From NCBI GenBank assembly GCA_964188305.1, contig OZ076893.1: a stretch of DNA of 64,000 bases. The stretch is one strand, 5' to 3'. The position numbers and the translations under genes were made by a program. Positions 1 to 11,560 of the stretch are shown in pieces (position 1 is the stretch's first letter; each line of letters begins with the position of its first letter). This stretch comes from Podarcis bocagei. Taxonomy: Eukaryota. The notes below the pieces were generated by a model. That model made no database searches. It was not told the origin of the DNA and saw nothing but the letters and a program-made list of their open reading frames with translations.

Positions 1-1
1 C

Positions 2-3000
2 TTAGGTCCTAAAGAAGATTTATATAGTCAAGTGTCTAAGAAATCCCAGAAAAATGAATTAGAATCTAACCTGAAGCAAAATCTAAATAGACAGTTGCCT
101 AAGCTAAAAGCCAAATCAGACAAAAAACCTCACTTGAAAGCAGAAGAAGGGTTAATGGCTAAAGATCACCCCAAAAATGAAATTGAACAGATTAAAGAAG
201 GTACATGGGACACAGCTAATGTAACAGAACAAACAGCAGGTTGCATAGTTTCATGGAAGCCATTGACTGATACAGGAAGTGGTCCTAAGGCTGAAAAAGA
301 AAAGAAGGTAACTTCTGCCAAATCACACAAATCATCATTGAAACATAAAAAAGTAAAAAAGAATAAAAAACCTGAAAGTGCTTCAGGTAGTAAAGTCCCT
401 GTGTTGGATGAGACTAGAACATTGGATACTTTGAGGGATGCAGCCTTGACAAATGAGATTGCAGAACTTTCTCTTGAAAGTTATGTCCAAAACTGGTTGC
501 AGAACATATTCCCAAATGCTGCAATGCCTGAAAAGCATTTACCTCCCATAAATTCAGATAACAGAACAATGCATCAGTTGTCTGTCAAGTCTTTTTCAGA
601 TAAAGAAAGTCAGTTAGTAGGAAAGAATGTGTGCCTATCAGGGAATAAAAATATTAGTGAAAGTAAACTATCCAATGGTACATTAAATCATCTCAGTGAA
701 CTAGGAACTGTTGAAGAATCAGTTAAAAAACTGTACGAAGGACACATTGGCTGTTTGACAGATGCTGAGGCAAGTTTAATAGAAGAAGCCAAGTATTTAT
801 TACAGTCAGATAACCAGAGCAATAATAAACTATCCATGTGTAATATACATGAAAATGACAAAAAGAATGTTCTGTTAGAAACCAGTGATCAAAGGTACAT
901 TTCTGAAATTGCTGCCCGGGTTAGTCCCAATGGCACCAGTAACATTCTAGGACCTGATATGCAGAAGGATTGTGTCAGTGGTCTGTTGCTGCACCAGCTG
1001 AAATCAACAGTGCTCAGTGCTGAAAAGAACCATGTTGGATGCATTACAGACATTTCTTCTTCCTCCCTTCTTGGAGCTTCTTCCAATCTCCTCCTCGCTT
1101 GGCTCCTTCTACTTAACCTCAAAGAAACTTTGTCCAATATAAATAAAGATGACATGGTACAAACTACCTGTAGCTGTTCAGAAGTATTTACACTCCTGCA
1201 GTATTTGAAACAAGTTGCAATTAAAGAGGAAGCTGAAGACCTGAAGACTGCTGTCTCCAATCTTCAGGACTGCACAGCAAACCATTTAATATTCTCCGGA
1301 ATGCAAATAGAGAAACAGGAACCAACATACCACAAAGAAATTTTTCCTCAAGCTGAAATTAAACATATACCAGTCTTTGAAGAAGGAAAAGTAAACAAGA
1401 ATTTAACTCTTAAGAATAAGTTGAGTTCTGAGGAAGTTATTGATGCAGAAGTGTTAGCAGGAGAATTGGAGAGGTCTAGTGGGGAGGAGGAGGAGGAGGA
1501 GACCTGCAGAACTCCAGTAGAGAATTCAGATCTAAATGATTTGGATGTTCATGATGAAATGCAAAATTTGAACTGCATTAATGCTGACTTGAATAGCTGT
1601 GGCTTGGCTTCAAATGAGGATCTGCCTACAGAAAATGAACAAAGTTCATTTGAACATAGCTCATTTCAAGGCACACAGGAAAAAACCACAGATACATCAT
1701 TTAATAATGAAGAATCAGAGATATCACAAGAACCTAAGTCAAGCACTCACAGCATGACCTCTAATGATAAAGACCACATGTTTGATCTAGAAACTTCAGA
1801 GGTAGATGATAAGGAAGTAAAGGGCACAGAAGATTTAAACTGGACCAACTCTGTGTTGTTAAAGGAAAATTCAAGTGAGTGTCTTACTTCCATTGCTGAT
1901 AATACCACAAATGGTGACATTGTAGAAAATTCTGTACGGGAAGACATGGAGGAAGATGGTACTTGTGAGGAGACTTCAGAACGATTGTCTACACCATCAC
2001 CATTATCTTTTTGTTATGAATCTAAGCAAATTCCAGGAGAAGAGGAACAGGTGTCCCGAGTAAAACTGATAGTAAAGGAACTTGAGGGTGGATCCTACTC
2101 AAATTCTTCTTTGGAATTCAAAAAATGCCTGAAAAGTCCTGCCACTTCTGACTTGTCAGATTATCGACCAGAAACTGATGAAAGTGATTACAATGTTAGG
2201 CATTCCAGTGACTTGACGAATGAAAGTGTAGATGAAGCAATATATGAAAAAGAGTACAACAAAGGGTATGTGAAAAGAACTATTGAGAGACTTTATGGTA
2301 AAGCCGAAGCTTCCTTTAAGTCCCCTTCTAAGCTTGATCCTCCATATTTGACTCAAACACTACAAGGAAATGCTGTAGAAGAACCCTGTCATGATGTAAT
2401 GGAGGGAGCTCCTTTGTTGTGTCAAAAGAATCATACCTGGCTGGATGAATTTGCATCACCTAAAATCCCAGAAGATTTAAACGCAAATAATGACATGTGG
2501 GAAAAAGAAAATGCTACCTTGCCAGCACCACAGTTTAGTCTTAATGGGGAAGAAGCATATTATAATGATGACTGTTCAGTGGAATACACAAACCAGCACT
2601 GCCAATCTAGGGAACACATTGCTGAAGATGAAGGAGTACTGATTGATAAAGGAAAATGGCTTCTTAAGGAGAACCATTTAATAAGGAGGTCACCACCTGA
2701 GAACTCTGGATTGTATGGCAATACAGATACAACATCGGCCGACACGGCATTTGACAATCATAGTGATGAAATCCCATATTCACATTTTGGGAATCTGAAT
2801 CTCCGGCCGCCTCTCAAAGAAATATCATCTTCTGAACTTGAAGACATGGCTAAGCCATATGACAATGGATGCAACTACTTCAACATGCCTCATAACAGTG
2901 ATTCAGATCCGTTTCCTGATACTTTAAGTATACAAAGCAGAAACAACCAGTGTAGTAGCTCCGTGCTTTTTGAGGCAGCATGTAACAGTTCCACGCAATT

Positions 3001-3877
3001 TTATACAGAAGTGAAAAGTAATTCCCCAGCTCTTACTTCTGTAGAATTTAGATTACCAGACAATAAGGTGCATCCTGCAGAACAGTCTTCAAATGATGAG
3101 CCAATTCAAACCCAACCAATAAGCAACACTCATTCAAGCAGGAATAGCCGTGAAGATCAAGACTCGCTGGATAAACTCCATGCTATCTGTGGACAACATT
3201 GTCCAATATTGACAGCCATCATAAAGCCAACTAATGAGGAGATCAGAGGATGTGCTTACCAAAAAGCCTCCGATGTTGAGAACCAAGTGGGGTCACATTT
3301 GTTAACAAATACTCCATATTTCGTATGGCAAGGCAAAAATATAACTGGACTTTACAAATATCACACAGACCTGAAGAACAGCAGCATTAATAACATTGCA
3401 AATAATATTTTTAACAGACTCTATGCTGACAATACTTTAGATTTCATGAATGGCAGTACTTTCAGTTTACTTGTGTCAGCAGCACTGAAAGAAAATCAAG
3501 GTTTAAAGAAATTATATGTCACAGAAAATATTGATGTGGGCACACAGGAGATCAACAGTCATGAAAATAATGCCAGTAGTGATGCATTCAGTGAGATAAC
3601 AGTGGAGCAGAATAATAATTTATCTGTACTGCAGAACTCAAAAGATAAGGGAAACAAAATGGTTGCAGAGAAACCTGCTTCTTCATTAGCAGATGTAACA
3701 GAAAGGTGTAAACATGAAAATTTTCACCATCATGAGGCACTCTTAAATAGTACTGGCTTGAAATTAACTGTAAACTTGGAAGGTGAAAATGCCTTCAGTA
3801 TCAAAGAAGAAACTTCACCTTATGTAAAAGAAGATGAAAGTGACAATGAGTATTCAGACTCCGAAAAAAGTTATTAA
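2..3877 (+). CDS. RP1: RP1 giant coding exon (exon-4 equivalent), 3' part; terminal exon of the canonical short isoform
   Basis: The frame is open from base 2 (the exon starts upstream of the window; the track's GTG start at 32 is not a real start) to TAA at 3875-3877. The protein is low-complexity and S/E/N-rich, with RP1-type motifs: SSNLLLAWLLLLNLK, YVKRTIERLYGK, DEGVLIDKGKWLLKENHL, CNYFNMPHNSDSDPF, CGQHCPIL. Confidence 0.9.
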   Translation, partial: LGPKEDLYSQVSKKSQKNELESNLKQNLNRQLPKLKAKSDKKPHLKAEEGLMAKDHPKNEIEQIKEGTWDTANVTEQTAGCIVSWKPLTDTGSGPKAEKEKKVTSAKSHKSSLKHKKVKKNKKPESASGSKVPVLDETRTLDTLRDAALTNEIAELSLESYVQNWLQNIFPNAAMPEKHLPPINSDNRTMHQLSVKSFSDKESQLVGKNVCLSGNKNISESKLSNGTLNHLSELGTVEESVKKLYEGHIGCLTDAEASLIEEAKYLLQSDNQSNNKLSMCNIHENDKKNVLLETSDQRYISEIAARVSPNGTSNILGPDMQKDCVSGLLLHQLKSTVLSAEKNHVGCITDISSSSLLGASSNLLLAWLLLLNLKETLSNINKDDMVQTTCSCSEVFTLLQYLKQVAIKEEAEDLKTAVSNLQDCTANHLIFSGMQIEKQEPTYHKEIFPQAEIKHIPVFEEGKVNKNLTLKNKLSSEEVIDAEVLAGELERSSGEEEEEETCRTPVENSDLNDLDVHDEMQNLNCINADLNSCGLASNEDLPTENEQSSFEHSSFQGTQEKTTDTSFNNEESEISQEPKSSTHSMTSNDKDHMFDLETSEVDDKEVKGTEDLNWTNSVLLKENSSECLTSIADNTTNGDIVENSVREDMEEDGTCEETSERLSTPSPLSFCYESKQIPGEEEQVSRVKLIVKELEGGSYSNSSLEFKKCLKSPATSDLSDYRPETDESDYNVRHSSDLTNESVDEAIYEKEYNKGYVKRTIERLYGKAEASFKSPSKLDPPYLTQTLQGNAVEEPCHDVMEGAPLLCQKNHTWLDEFASPKIPEDLNANNDMWEKENATLPAPQFSLNGEEAYYNDDCSVEYTNQHCQSREHIAEDEGVLIDKGKWLLKENHLIRRSPPENSGLYGNTDTTSADTAFDNHSDEIPYSHFGNLNLRPPLKEISSSELEDMAKPYDNGCNYFNMPHNSDSDPFPDTLSIQSRNNQCSSSVLFEAACNSSTQFYTEVKSNSPALTSVEFRLPDNKVHPAEQSSNDEPIQTQPISNTHSSRNSREDQDSLDKLHAICGQHCPILTAIIKPTNEEIRGCAYQKASDVENQVGSHLLTNTPYFVWQGKNITGLYKYHTDLKNSSINNIANNIFNRLYADNTLDFMNGSTFSLLVSAALKENQGLKKLYVTENIDVGTQEINSHENNASSDAFSEITVEQNNNLSVLQNSKDKGNKMVAEKPASSLADVTERCKHENFHHHEALLNSTGLKLTVNLEGENAFSIKEETSPYVKEDESDNEYSDSEKSY

Positions 3878-4907
3878 GAATTATATAGCACTGCCTATAT
3901 ATTAAAACAAAACAAAACCACAAATGATAAAGACAGTGAATTTATGCCCTGGTTTGAGGAATACATGTTCCTAATTTCTTATTAATAATTCTTCTGTGAA
4001 AAGGTTTTTTTGTTCTTGTTTGTTTTTCGCACTCTTGTTACATATTTTCCTTAACAAATGCAAAATAACATTACAAAAATTTTGTGCATGAGAAACTATG
4101 GAAATATTAGTTAATAATGTTTTTTTGTGATGGTAGATTAAACTCATGACCCATGTTATTGAACATTAGAAATGCAGCCCATTATGCTAGCATGGACAGG
4201 GAGTAGGACTGATATTGTTTATTTTATTAGAGAGGCCATTTGTGATCATTTTATTTATTGTTATTTTTCTCTAATCTGCAAGTGTAATTAACTTACCTGA
4301 AAAAACTGTTAAGTTTACATTTCTAAATCTTCATAATTATTCTTATCATAGTTTATAATTATAATTTGTCCAGTGAAATACTTTGGAGATCCGTATACAG
4401 AACATTTTAGTTTTACAAAACAGATGTTAAAGATACTTTTTCTAACAAACTGTAAAAACAATATTGTATATTGAATGTATATTGAAATGGGCAACAGAAA
4501 GTATTGCAATTATAGGCAATAATCTTATGTATGATGTCGGTGAGCTTTACTCTTGTGTTCTATACACTGAGAAACTTAGAAAATACACAAAGGCATGATT
4601 CTAAGAAGGGCTAACTGATCTCATTTATGTATGTAACCAGGCCACTCTCTAGTTTTGTTGGGGTTGTTTTTTTTAAAACCAAGTTTGCCCTCTGTCTTAA
4701 TGAATATAAAATCAGACACTAGTTAGTCTTCAATTACAGAGACTACCCTAGAATGGTCAAAAAATGAAAACATCATATACATTACCACTTCTGTTGCATT
4801 TCTACTGGAGATAATCGTGATAGAAACTACTAGTCTAACACTGCAATAGCTAAATGTAGCTAGTGCAATAGAACTTGCTTCATATTTCTGAAAGTCCAAA
4901 AGGCAGC

Positions 4908-4971
<64 letters not shown>

Positions 4972-5406
4972 TTCTATACCACACTTCATCTGAGGATCAC
5001 AGGATGGTTTACAATACCTCCCCACAATTTAAAAGGCCATAGATTATTTAATTAGCCAAATTTCTTGGAGAAAAGGAATGTTTATGTCTGACATCTAAAG
5101 ATATGTAACAAAGGCACCGGCTGAGCCTCCCTTGGGAGAGCGTTCCACAAACTGGGAGCCACTGCAGAAAAGGGCCATTTTCATGTTGCCATCCTCCAGA
5201 CCTCTTGCGGAGGAAGCACACAAAGAGCCTCAGATGATGATTTCAGGGTCTAGGACAGTTCTTATGGAAGAGGCAGTCTTTGAGGTACTGTGGTTTAGGG
5301 AAGTTTTTAATGTTTAATGTTGTATTGTGTTTTTAATATTTGATTGGGAGCTGCCCAGAGTGGCTGGGAAAACCCAGCCAGATGGGATGAGTATAAAGAA
5401 TAAACA

Positions 5407-5456
<50 letters not shown>

Positions 5457-6050
5457 GCTCCTGAGCCATTTAAGACTTTATAGGTCAAAACCAGCACTCT
5501 GAATTGGGCCTGGATTGGTGTAATGTGGCTACTGAATTCTGCACCAGCAGAACTTTCTGAACTGTCTTCAGATGCAGCCTCATGTATAATGTATCGCAGT
5601 AATCTAACCTAGAGGTTACCAGAGCCCAGATGAGAGAGGTTATGCTATCCCTAACCAGGCACTCCATGCCACCAAGGCCACCTGAACCTCATCCAACAGC
5701 AGTGGGTCCAGAAGTACTCTCAATCTGTGTACTCACTCCTTTAGAGGGAGTTGTAGCTCCATCAAGATTTTCATCCATCTGATCTAGGGAACCACCCACT
5801 AACAGTGTCTCAGTGTTATCTGGGTGGAGTTTCACTTTATTGGCTCTCATTTGGTCCATTCCTGAGGCAGGAAAATGCTCTAGCATATCTACTGCCATGC
5901 CTGTAGATGTAAAGGTAGAGCTGTGTGTCATCAGCATATACTGTAGCTGACAATATACTCCAAAACTCCTGATGACCCCACTCAGTGGTTCCATGTAGAT
6001 GTTAAACAGCATGGGGGACAAAATCAAACCTTGAGGAAGCCCACACTGAA
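4908..6050 (-). mobile_element. L2-type LINE 3' fragment (degenerate RT) with (AAT)n tail
   Basis: Minus-strand peptides CGLPQGLILSPMLFNIYMEPL and ALVTSRLDYC...VQNSVA; ATT microsatellite tail at 4908-4971. Confidence 0.8.
5296..5456 (+). mobile_element. Short LINE 3'-tail fragment with (ATT)n tail, nested in the L2 copy in the opposite orientation
   Basis: Interrupts the host sequence gaggtactgtggt|...cctgagccatttaag and ends in AATAAA followed by (ATT)n. Confidence 0.55.
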
Positions 6051-7096
6051 GACTATGTGTTTTTTCTACAGATACTTGGCTGTTATACATTGTTTCAAAG
6101 CAATAGCTATCATTACCCTTGTATTTGTGTTTCTATGATAATGAATCTGTATTATGAACAATAAAGTAAGCTAAAAGAACAGCCCTTTGTTATTGGAGAA
6201 AAATGGAAGATTGCTGAACAGCCTGACCTCAATCTGTACCTTGTATAATTAATGAAAGCATAATGGATGACAACACCAGCCTTGGAGATATTACATATAT
6301 GTTGCACTAATTTTTGAAACCAGTTTTTAAAGGAATAATTATTGTAACACAATACAGCATTTATTTCATCTATCCTCACAATCCCTGAATCAGGCCTTCA
6401 CAATAACATTTCCAGTTTATGGATAGAAAACTGACTCTGAGGGAAGGTGATTCATCCAGAGACCAACCTGAGGGTTCGTGATTGAACATGTATTTGAAGT
6501 TGCATGTTCAACCCAATGGGCTGTAAATGTTGCTGCCAATGCACAAATGGAATGGTTTGTCAGTCACACAACAGGACCTCACTTTCTTCTCATGTCCCTG
6601 CATTACCTTGCACCCCCTCAAAACCTGCTCTTTAGGGTTGGGGGGATCCTCTGAAAAAGATTGGGGTGTATGTGTCGAATAATAGAAAGCTAACTCCTGT
6701 TGCACAAGCAGAGGTCCACTCATATAACATTGAATTCTGTCCAACATCAACCAGACTGTGCTGGTTGTATTAGATCAATGTAAGAATGCTGGGTCCATAG
6801 AACCAATAAGAAAAGTCTATAATGCAAATTAATTTATGATTGTGTAATCATTTATTAACATTTCAGTGCATTTTATAATAAGTAACTTAAGTAGTGCTAA
6901 AACAAACAAGGAATTGTTTTTGTTTATATTATTTTAGATTTTTTAAGCTAAACGTGTCTCAAAAATTGGGCACACTACAGTTCCCACCACAGATGAAAAT
7001 TGCTTTTTTGAATGGCCTGTATAGTTACTGAAGCTCGTAAGTGGTAAGAGCCTAGGATGGAGACCTTTGCATAGGGCTCCAACTTGAAGTACCATG

Positions 7097-7265
7097 CAGT
7101 GGCATAGCGTGGATTGTCAGCACCCGGGGCAAGGCAAGCAATTTGCGCCCCCTAACCCGTGGATTTGCGCCCCCTAACCCGTGGATTTGCGCCCCCTAAC
7201 CCTAACCCCCAGATGTTGCGCCCGGTGCGGCCGGCCCCCCCTGCACCCCCCACGCTACGCCACTG
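7097..7265. mobile_element. hAT-type MITE with telomere-like internal repeats (copy 1)
   Basis: TIRs CAGTGGCATAGCGTGG / CCACGCTACGCCACTG; perfect 8-bp TSD GTACCATG (7089-7096, 7266-7273). Confidence 0.88.
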
Positions 7266-9013
7266 GTACCATGAAGTACAACAAACAAACAAAAAAGGTG
7301 TATTTTTATCTTGTGAACTGCCCTGAGATCTTAAGATGAAGGGTGGTATATAAGTCAAACAAACAAACAAATTCCATCATGATAATTTTATACAAAAAAC
7401 ATAGTCATGAAGGCTGTAAGTCCCCTGATAGAATGTGAATAGCTGGAAAGTAGAGAAAGGCAAGATGGTAGCTGACTGGACTGTACTTCAGTGGTTGGAA
7501 CTGGAAAGAGGTCATTTAAGCAGCACAGCCCAACCACTCTGTTTTCCATAGCTGGAATGGAGCCTACGGTACAAAGGTGAGTCATGTGCTGCACACACTT
7601 TTTGCCTCTGGATTTGTCCACTACTGGCATGTGGTCCTGGAAGGTCACTCGGGAGGGGAAATGGCCCCTGGGTAGGAAAATGTTTCCTACTCTTCTTTTA
7701 CTCTATCATGAACACATGCATTAACTAATGAGATTAACCTAAAGGTTGCCATTAATATCTGGAAATTCATTATTAGGGCACAAACTATTTGGACTCCTTA
7801 GGTGTAATAACCAATGTGGTACTTCTGCTATACATATAGTATTTGTGTTATAGAAGTTTCTAAATATAAATATTGCAGCAAGTGGTTAATGGGTAGTGAC
7901 TAAATATTGAAAGCATTACACTGTTTCATTTGAGGATGCAGAGAATGATTTCTGCTTGACAGAATTGCAGGCCATTATGCACTGATGTTCAGTTCCCTTT
8001 CACAGGTGCTATTGCCCCAAAGAACCCATTGTCATTTATCTCTTAACTGCTGATTCTTAAAACCAGTTTCTTCTCTTAATCTCGTGGATATTGCTAAATT
8101 GGATTAAGCAAATGAGCATAATATTCAATTACAACTAGTGAAGAGAATGATTTAATAAAAGCAAAGCTGTACAGGTCTTATTGGTGCTATATTATTAACA
8201 TTATAAGTCATTATCAAGGCACAAGTACAGGGACAGAATGAGAAAAATTAAATGGCTGCCCGTTGAGTGTTCCTGTTCATTTCATGGATAATTCCCGTAA
8301 GGAGAAAATCACTGAGGAAAATCTGTGCTAAAACTGAATGTGATGGAAGACAGCCTCTGAATCTGGCTGTAATAATTGTAAATCTGTGTGACAAAGCAAT
8401 CTGTGCTGGAATTGGGACAATGGCTATGAGCCATAATGGCTACGCTCAGCCTGCACTGTTGGAGGCAGTATGTTTCTGAATAACACTTGCTGGGAATCAC
8501 AGTGCTGTTGCTCTCTGGTCCAGCATGTGAGTTTCCCATATGCATCTGTTTGGCCACTGTGAGAACATGAGACCAGACGAGATGGGCCTTTCTCCTGATA
8601 CGACAGGCCTCTTCTCATGTTCTTATCAACTTCCTTTGGAATTGGGATCCAAAAGGCAATCAAAATCGACCTTGGCGAAGAAAAGAAACTATAAGGCATG
8701 AGGAAGACTGTCTGAGGTTCACGGAAGCATGAGCGTGTTTGTGTGAATGTGTATCATTGAAGCCCTATTGCAGTAGTGGACAGTGTAGTGGAGTAGACCT
8801 CTTACCTGACCTGACCTCCTAGGTGAGTCAGGTAAGCACCTTTGCCCTACGATGCCATCTGCTACTGCCTAGTTGAAACTAGAGTGTGGAAAATGGGTAT
8901 TTCAGGTACAACTTCCAGTAATTTGTGATTATTTTAAGGAAAGGCAATTCTTACCTGGTGAGAGGCACATCCTAATTCCCATTAATTATAGATTTCTTTA
9001 TATGTTTCTTTAG

Positions 9014-9177
9014 CTAGGAAGTGGAAGGTAACAGTTTTTACCAGTGACCTACCATCTGCCAGCACCAGCTCACAAGTTTATATTGTACTATATGGGGATC
9101 AAAATAATTCAGGAGCTGTCTTTCTATATGGAGAGGAGAAAAAGGTGTTTGAAAGAGGAAATGAAGATACATTCATT
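9014..9177 (+). CDS. RP1: RP1 long-isoform exon A, PLAT/LH2 domain 1 N-terminal part (RKWKVTVFTSDLPSASTSSQVYIVLYGDQNNSG...FERGNEDTFI)
   Basis: ttctttag acceptor, gtaagt donor, 164 bp, phase 1 to 0. Classic PLAT motifs W-K-V-T-V-x-T, V-Y-I-x-L-Y-G and F-E-R-G-x-x-D-x-F. Confidence 0.88.
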
Positions 9178-9216
9178 GTAAGTTAATATAATGAAATACT
9201 GTTTTTTTATAAGGAT

Positions 9217-9322
9217 TGTTATTGTTGTTTAGTCGTTTAGTCATGTCCAACTCTTCGTGACCCCATGGACCAGAGCATGCCAGGCACTTCTGTCTTCCAC
9301 TGTCTCCCGCAGTTTGGTCAAA
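9217..9322 (-). mobile_element. BovB/RTE LINE 5'-truncated 3' end
   Basis: (CAA)n-type tail with tagtcgtttagtcatgtccaactcttcgtgaccccatggaccagagc; 12-bp TSD TTTTATAAGGAT (9205-9216, 9323-9334). Confidence 0.75.
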
Positions 9323-11260
9323 TTTTATAAGGATAGCACATGATTAAAAATAAAGAGTTAACTTTTTTTTTTGGTTAAGCAAAGTTTCCATTTCTTTATT
9401 GTTAAGTCCAGAACACAGTTCAGTCATTCTCCAGTTGTGTGGAGTGGAAAAGACTATAACAAAAAGTTATGTACGCTTCTAAAGTAGCTCTTTGTGGTTT
9501 TAGGGCTGCCATTCTTTTAGGGCTGCACCACATAATCCTGTTTACTGAATTATATTATTTGCCACCGTCACATGGCATTTTGAATTTGCAAAAACTGCTT
9601 TCATTACAGATCAGTTGTAATGGATGTTCTAAACATTTTGTCATGGGGAAGCAGTTCTCAATCCATTGGGTGGTGTTCAATGACTGCATGCTGTCAGCAC
9701 AAGATTTCTGCTTCCACGATGTGACTTTTCCATCCCTCTCATTCCACTACATGCCCTGAACCCTCTCGGTTCTGTTCCAGAGGGTTGGGAAAACCCCTAG
9801 AACACATATGGGGGTGTAGGGGGAGGAGATGGGGAGAGCAATATGTTGCATGAACAGAAATCTTTGCACGGACAAAATGTTTATGTAGTGCTACATTGCA
9901 TACAACCCATGACTTGAATTTAAGGTGGGTAAACAATAATAATGGGGTTTTCCTGATGGAGCTCACTTGTATTCCCAGGGTCAATTCATGACTTCCAGCA
10001 TATCAGCTGAGGCCAAGATGACTCTATGTTTTCCAGTGATACTTATTAAAGGTGAACTCAGTCCAGTTGGGTTTTGCAAAACCATGAGAAATGTAGCCTA
10101 AGATAGATGGGTGCAGTTGAAATCCATGGTTGCCACCATCAGAAATGGCCAGTCCCCAGAGGGAGCAGTAGAAATGAAAAATGAGTGAAGTATGCATCGG
10201 CCTGTATGATCTGTCCTAGCTTGGCTTATAGTACCCAGGGGAGGTTGGATTGAAGCAGTGCATTTACTGGAAGGATAGGGTCACATCCTGAAGAGCAAAG
10301 TCAAATCTTGAAAGGCAGAATCACATTTAATAAGCTGTACAAGATAATAACTGCCAAGGTAAAGCACAGTATGTTAGAACCCTGGACAGATCATTATGGC
10401 AAGTACAGGCAGAAACTGCTACCTCAGAATTATTCTGAGGCCTTCTGAAGGCCAACTGGTCTGGATCTACTTTTAACATCTCCCCCTATGAGGAGCTGTC
10501 TGTTTCTTAAAGGATCATTTCATAATTCTGCAGCTGCAGCCTCCAATGGCATGTGGAAGGTGAAGAATGGATCAGGGGGTACACTGAGTCTGAGAAGTCA
10601 GGGAAAGCAACATCCTCTGGCCTAGAAGGTACTTGAGTAAAGGGCAAAGGCTTCCCAGACAATGCTCCTTCTCCTCTGATTTTCCCCTGGGCTGGGAAGA
10701 AGAGTTGAGGCCAGAGAACAAGAGATTGTATTCCATTGGCTGGCTAGCCTTCTGCTTTTTTGGTCCATCTGAGGTAACCTCAACCCATATAATTCTCAGT
10801 TCATCACATTTCCCTGTAGAGGTTGGCTTCACGCTTCAAGGACTACAAGTATATAAAAATAAACAGCGATGTTCATATAAGTAATGAAGTCATTCCAGAC
10901 TGTAAATTGATAAGCTGGCTAATGTCCTAAGATGAAACACTCTATTTATCACACCATTCTAAGCAAGGATTTGCTGCTTCAATATGTTGTAGGCTGCATT
11001 GATGCCCTAAGATTGAACCCATTGACGCAAAAATCCTAAACACATTTACTTCATTTGAATTCTATTTCAAGTAAATTTACTCAGTTTTGCAGACTCACAG
11101 CTGGACCTACTTATTCAGTCCTCCTTGAACTAAATGCTTTACAAAGATGAAATAGTATTCTGAAGTAATATGTGAAACATATTGAACCAAAGTTACTGGA
11201 GCAGTTTTATGTTCAAAGAAGCTAGATGAACTGCTGTTTTGTGTGTGGTTATTTTAACAG

Positions 11261-11347
11261 ATACAAATGGAAGACCTAGGAGAGCTCTACAAAATACGGA
11301 TAGGGCACAATAACTCTGGAGAAACCCCTGCCTGGCACTGCAAAGCG
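11261..11347 (+). CDS. RP1: RP1 long-isoform exon B, PLAT1 middle (IQMEDLGELYKIRIGHNNSGETPAWHCKA)
   Basis: ttttaacag acceptor, gtgagc donor, 87 bp, phase 0 to 0. Contains the LGxLxKIRIGHxNxGxxPxW PLAT motif. Confidence 0.9.
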
Positions 11348-11560
11348 GTGAGCTATGTCCATATCTTAAAATCAATCATTCTTTCTGAAGATCTCGGCAA
11401 ATGACACTTTTGCTGCTTCGCCAAAACCTTAGTCATGCACATACTATATGTTCACATGTTGCATAGCTACACCATTGGAATAGTACATTGTTGCTGCTGA
11501 AGAAAATGTTATCCAGTAAACAAGATTTTGGTAAGCCACAGACTCATGGTTAATGATATA

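Noticed and set aside
889-2757. Antisense ORFs within the RP1 giant exon
   Set aside because: They are shadow ORFs of the sense coding sequence with no independent support.
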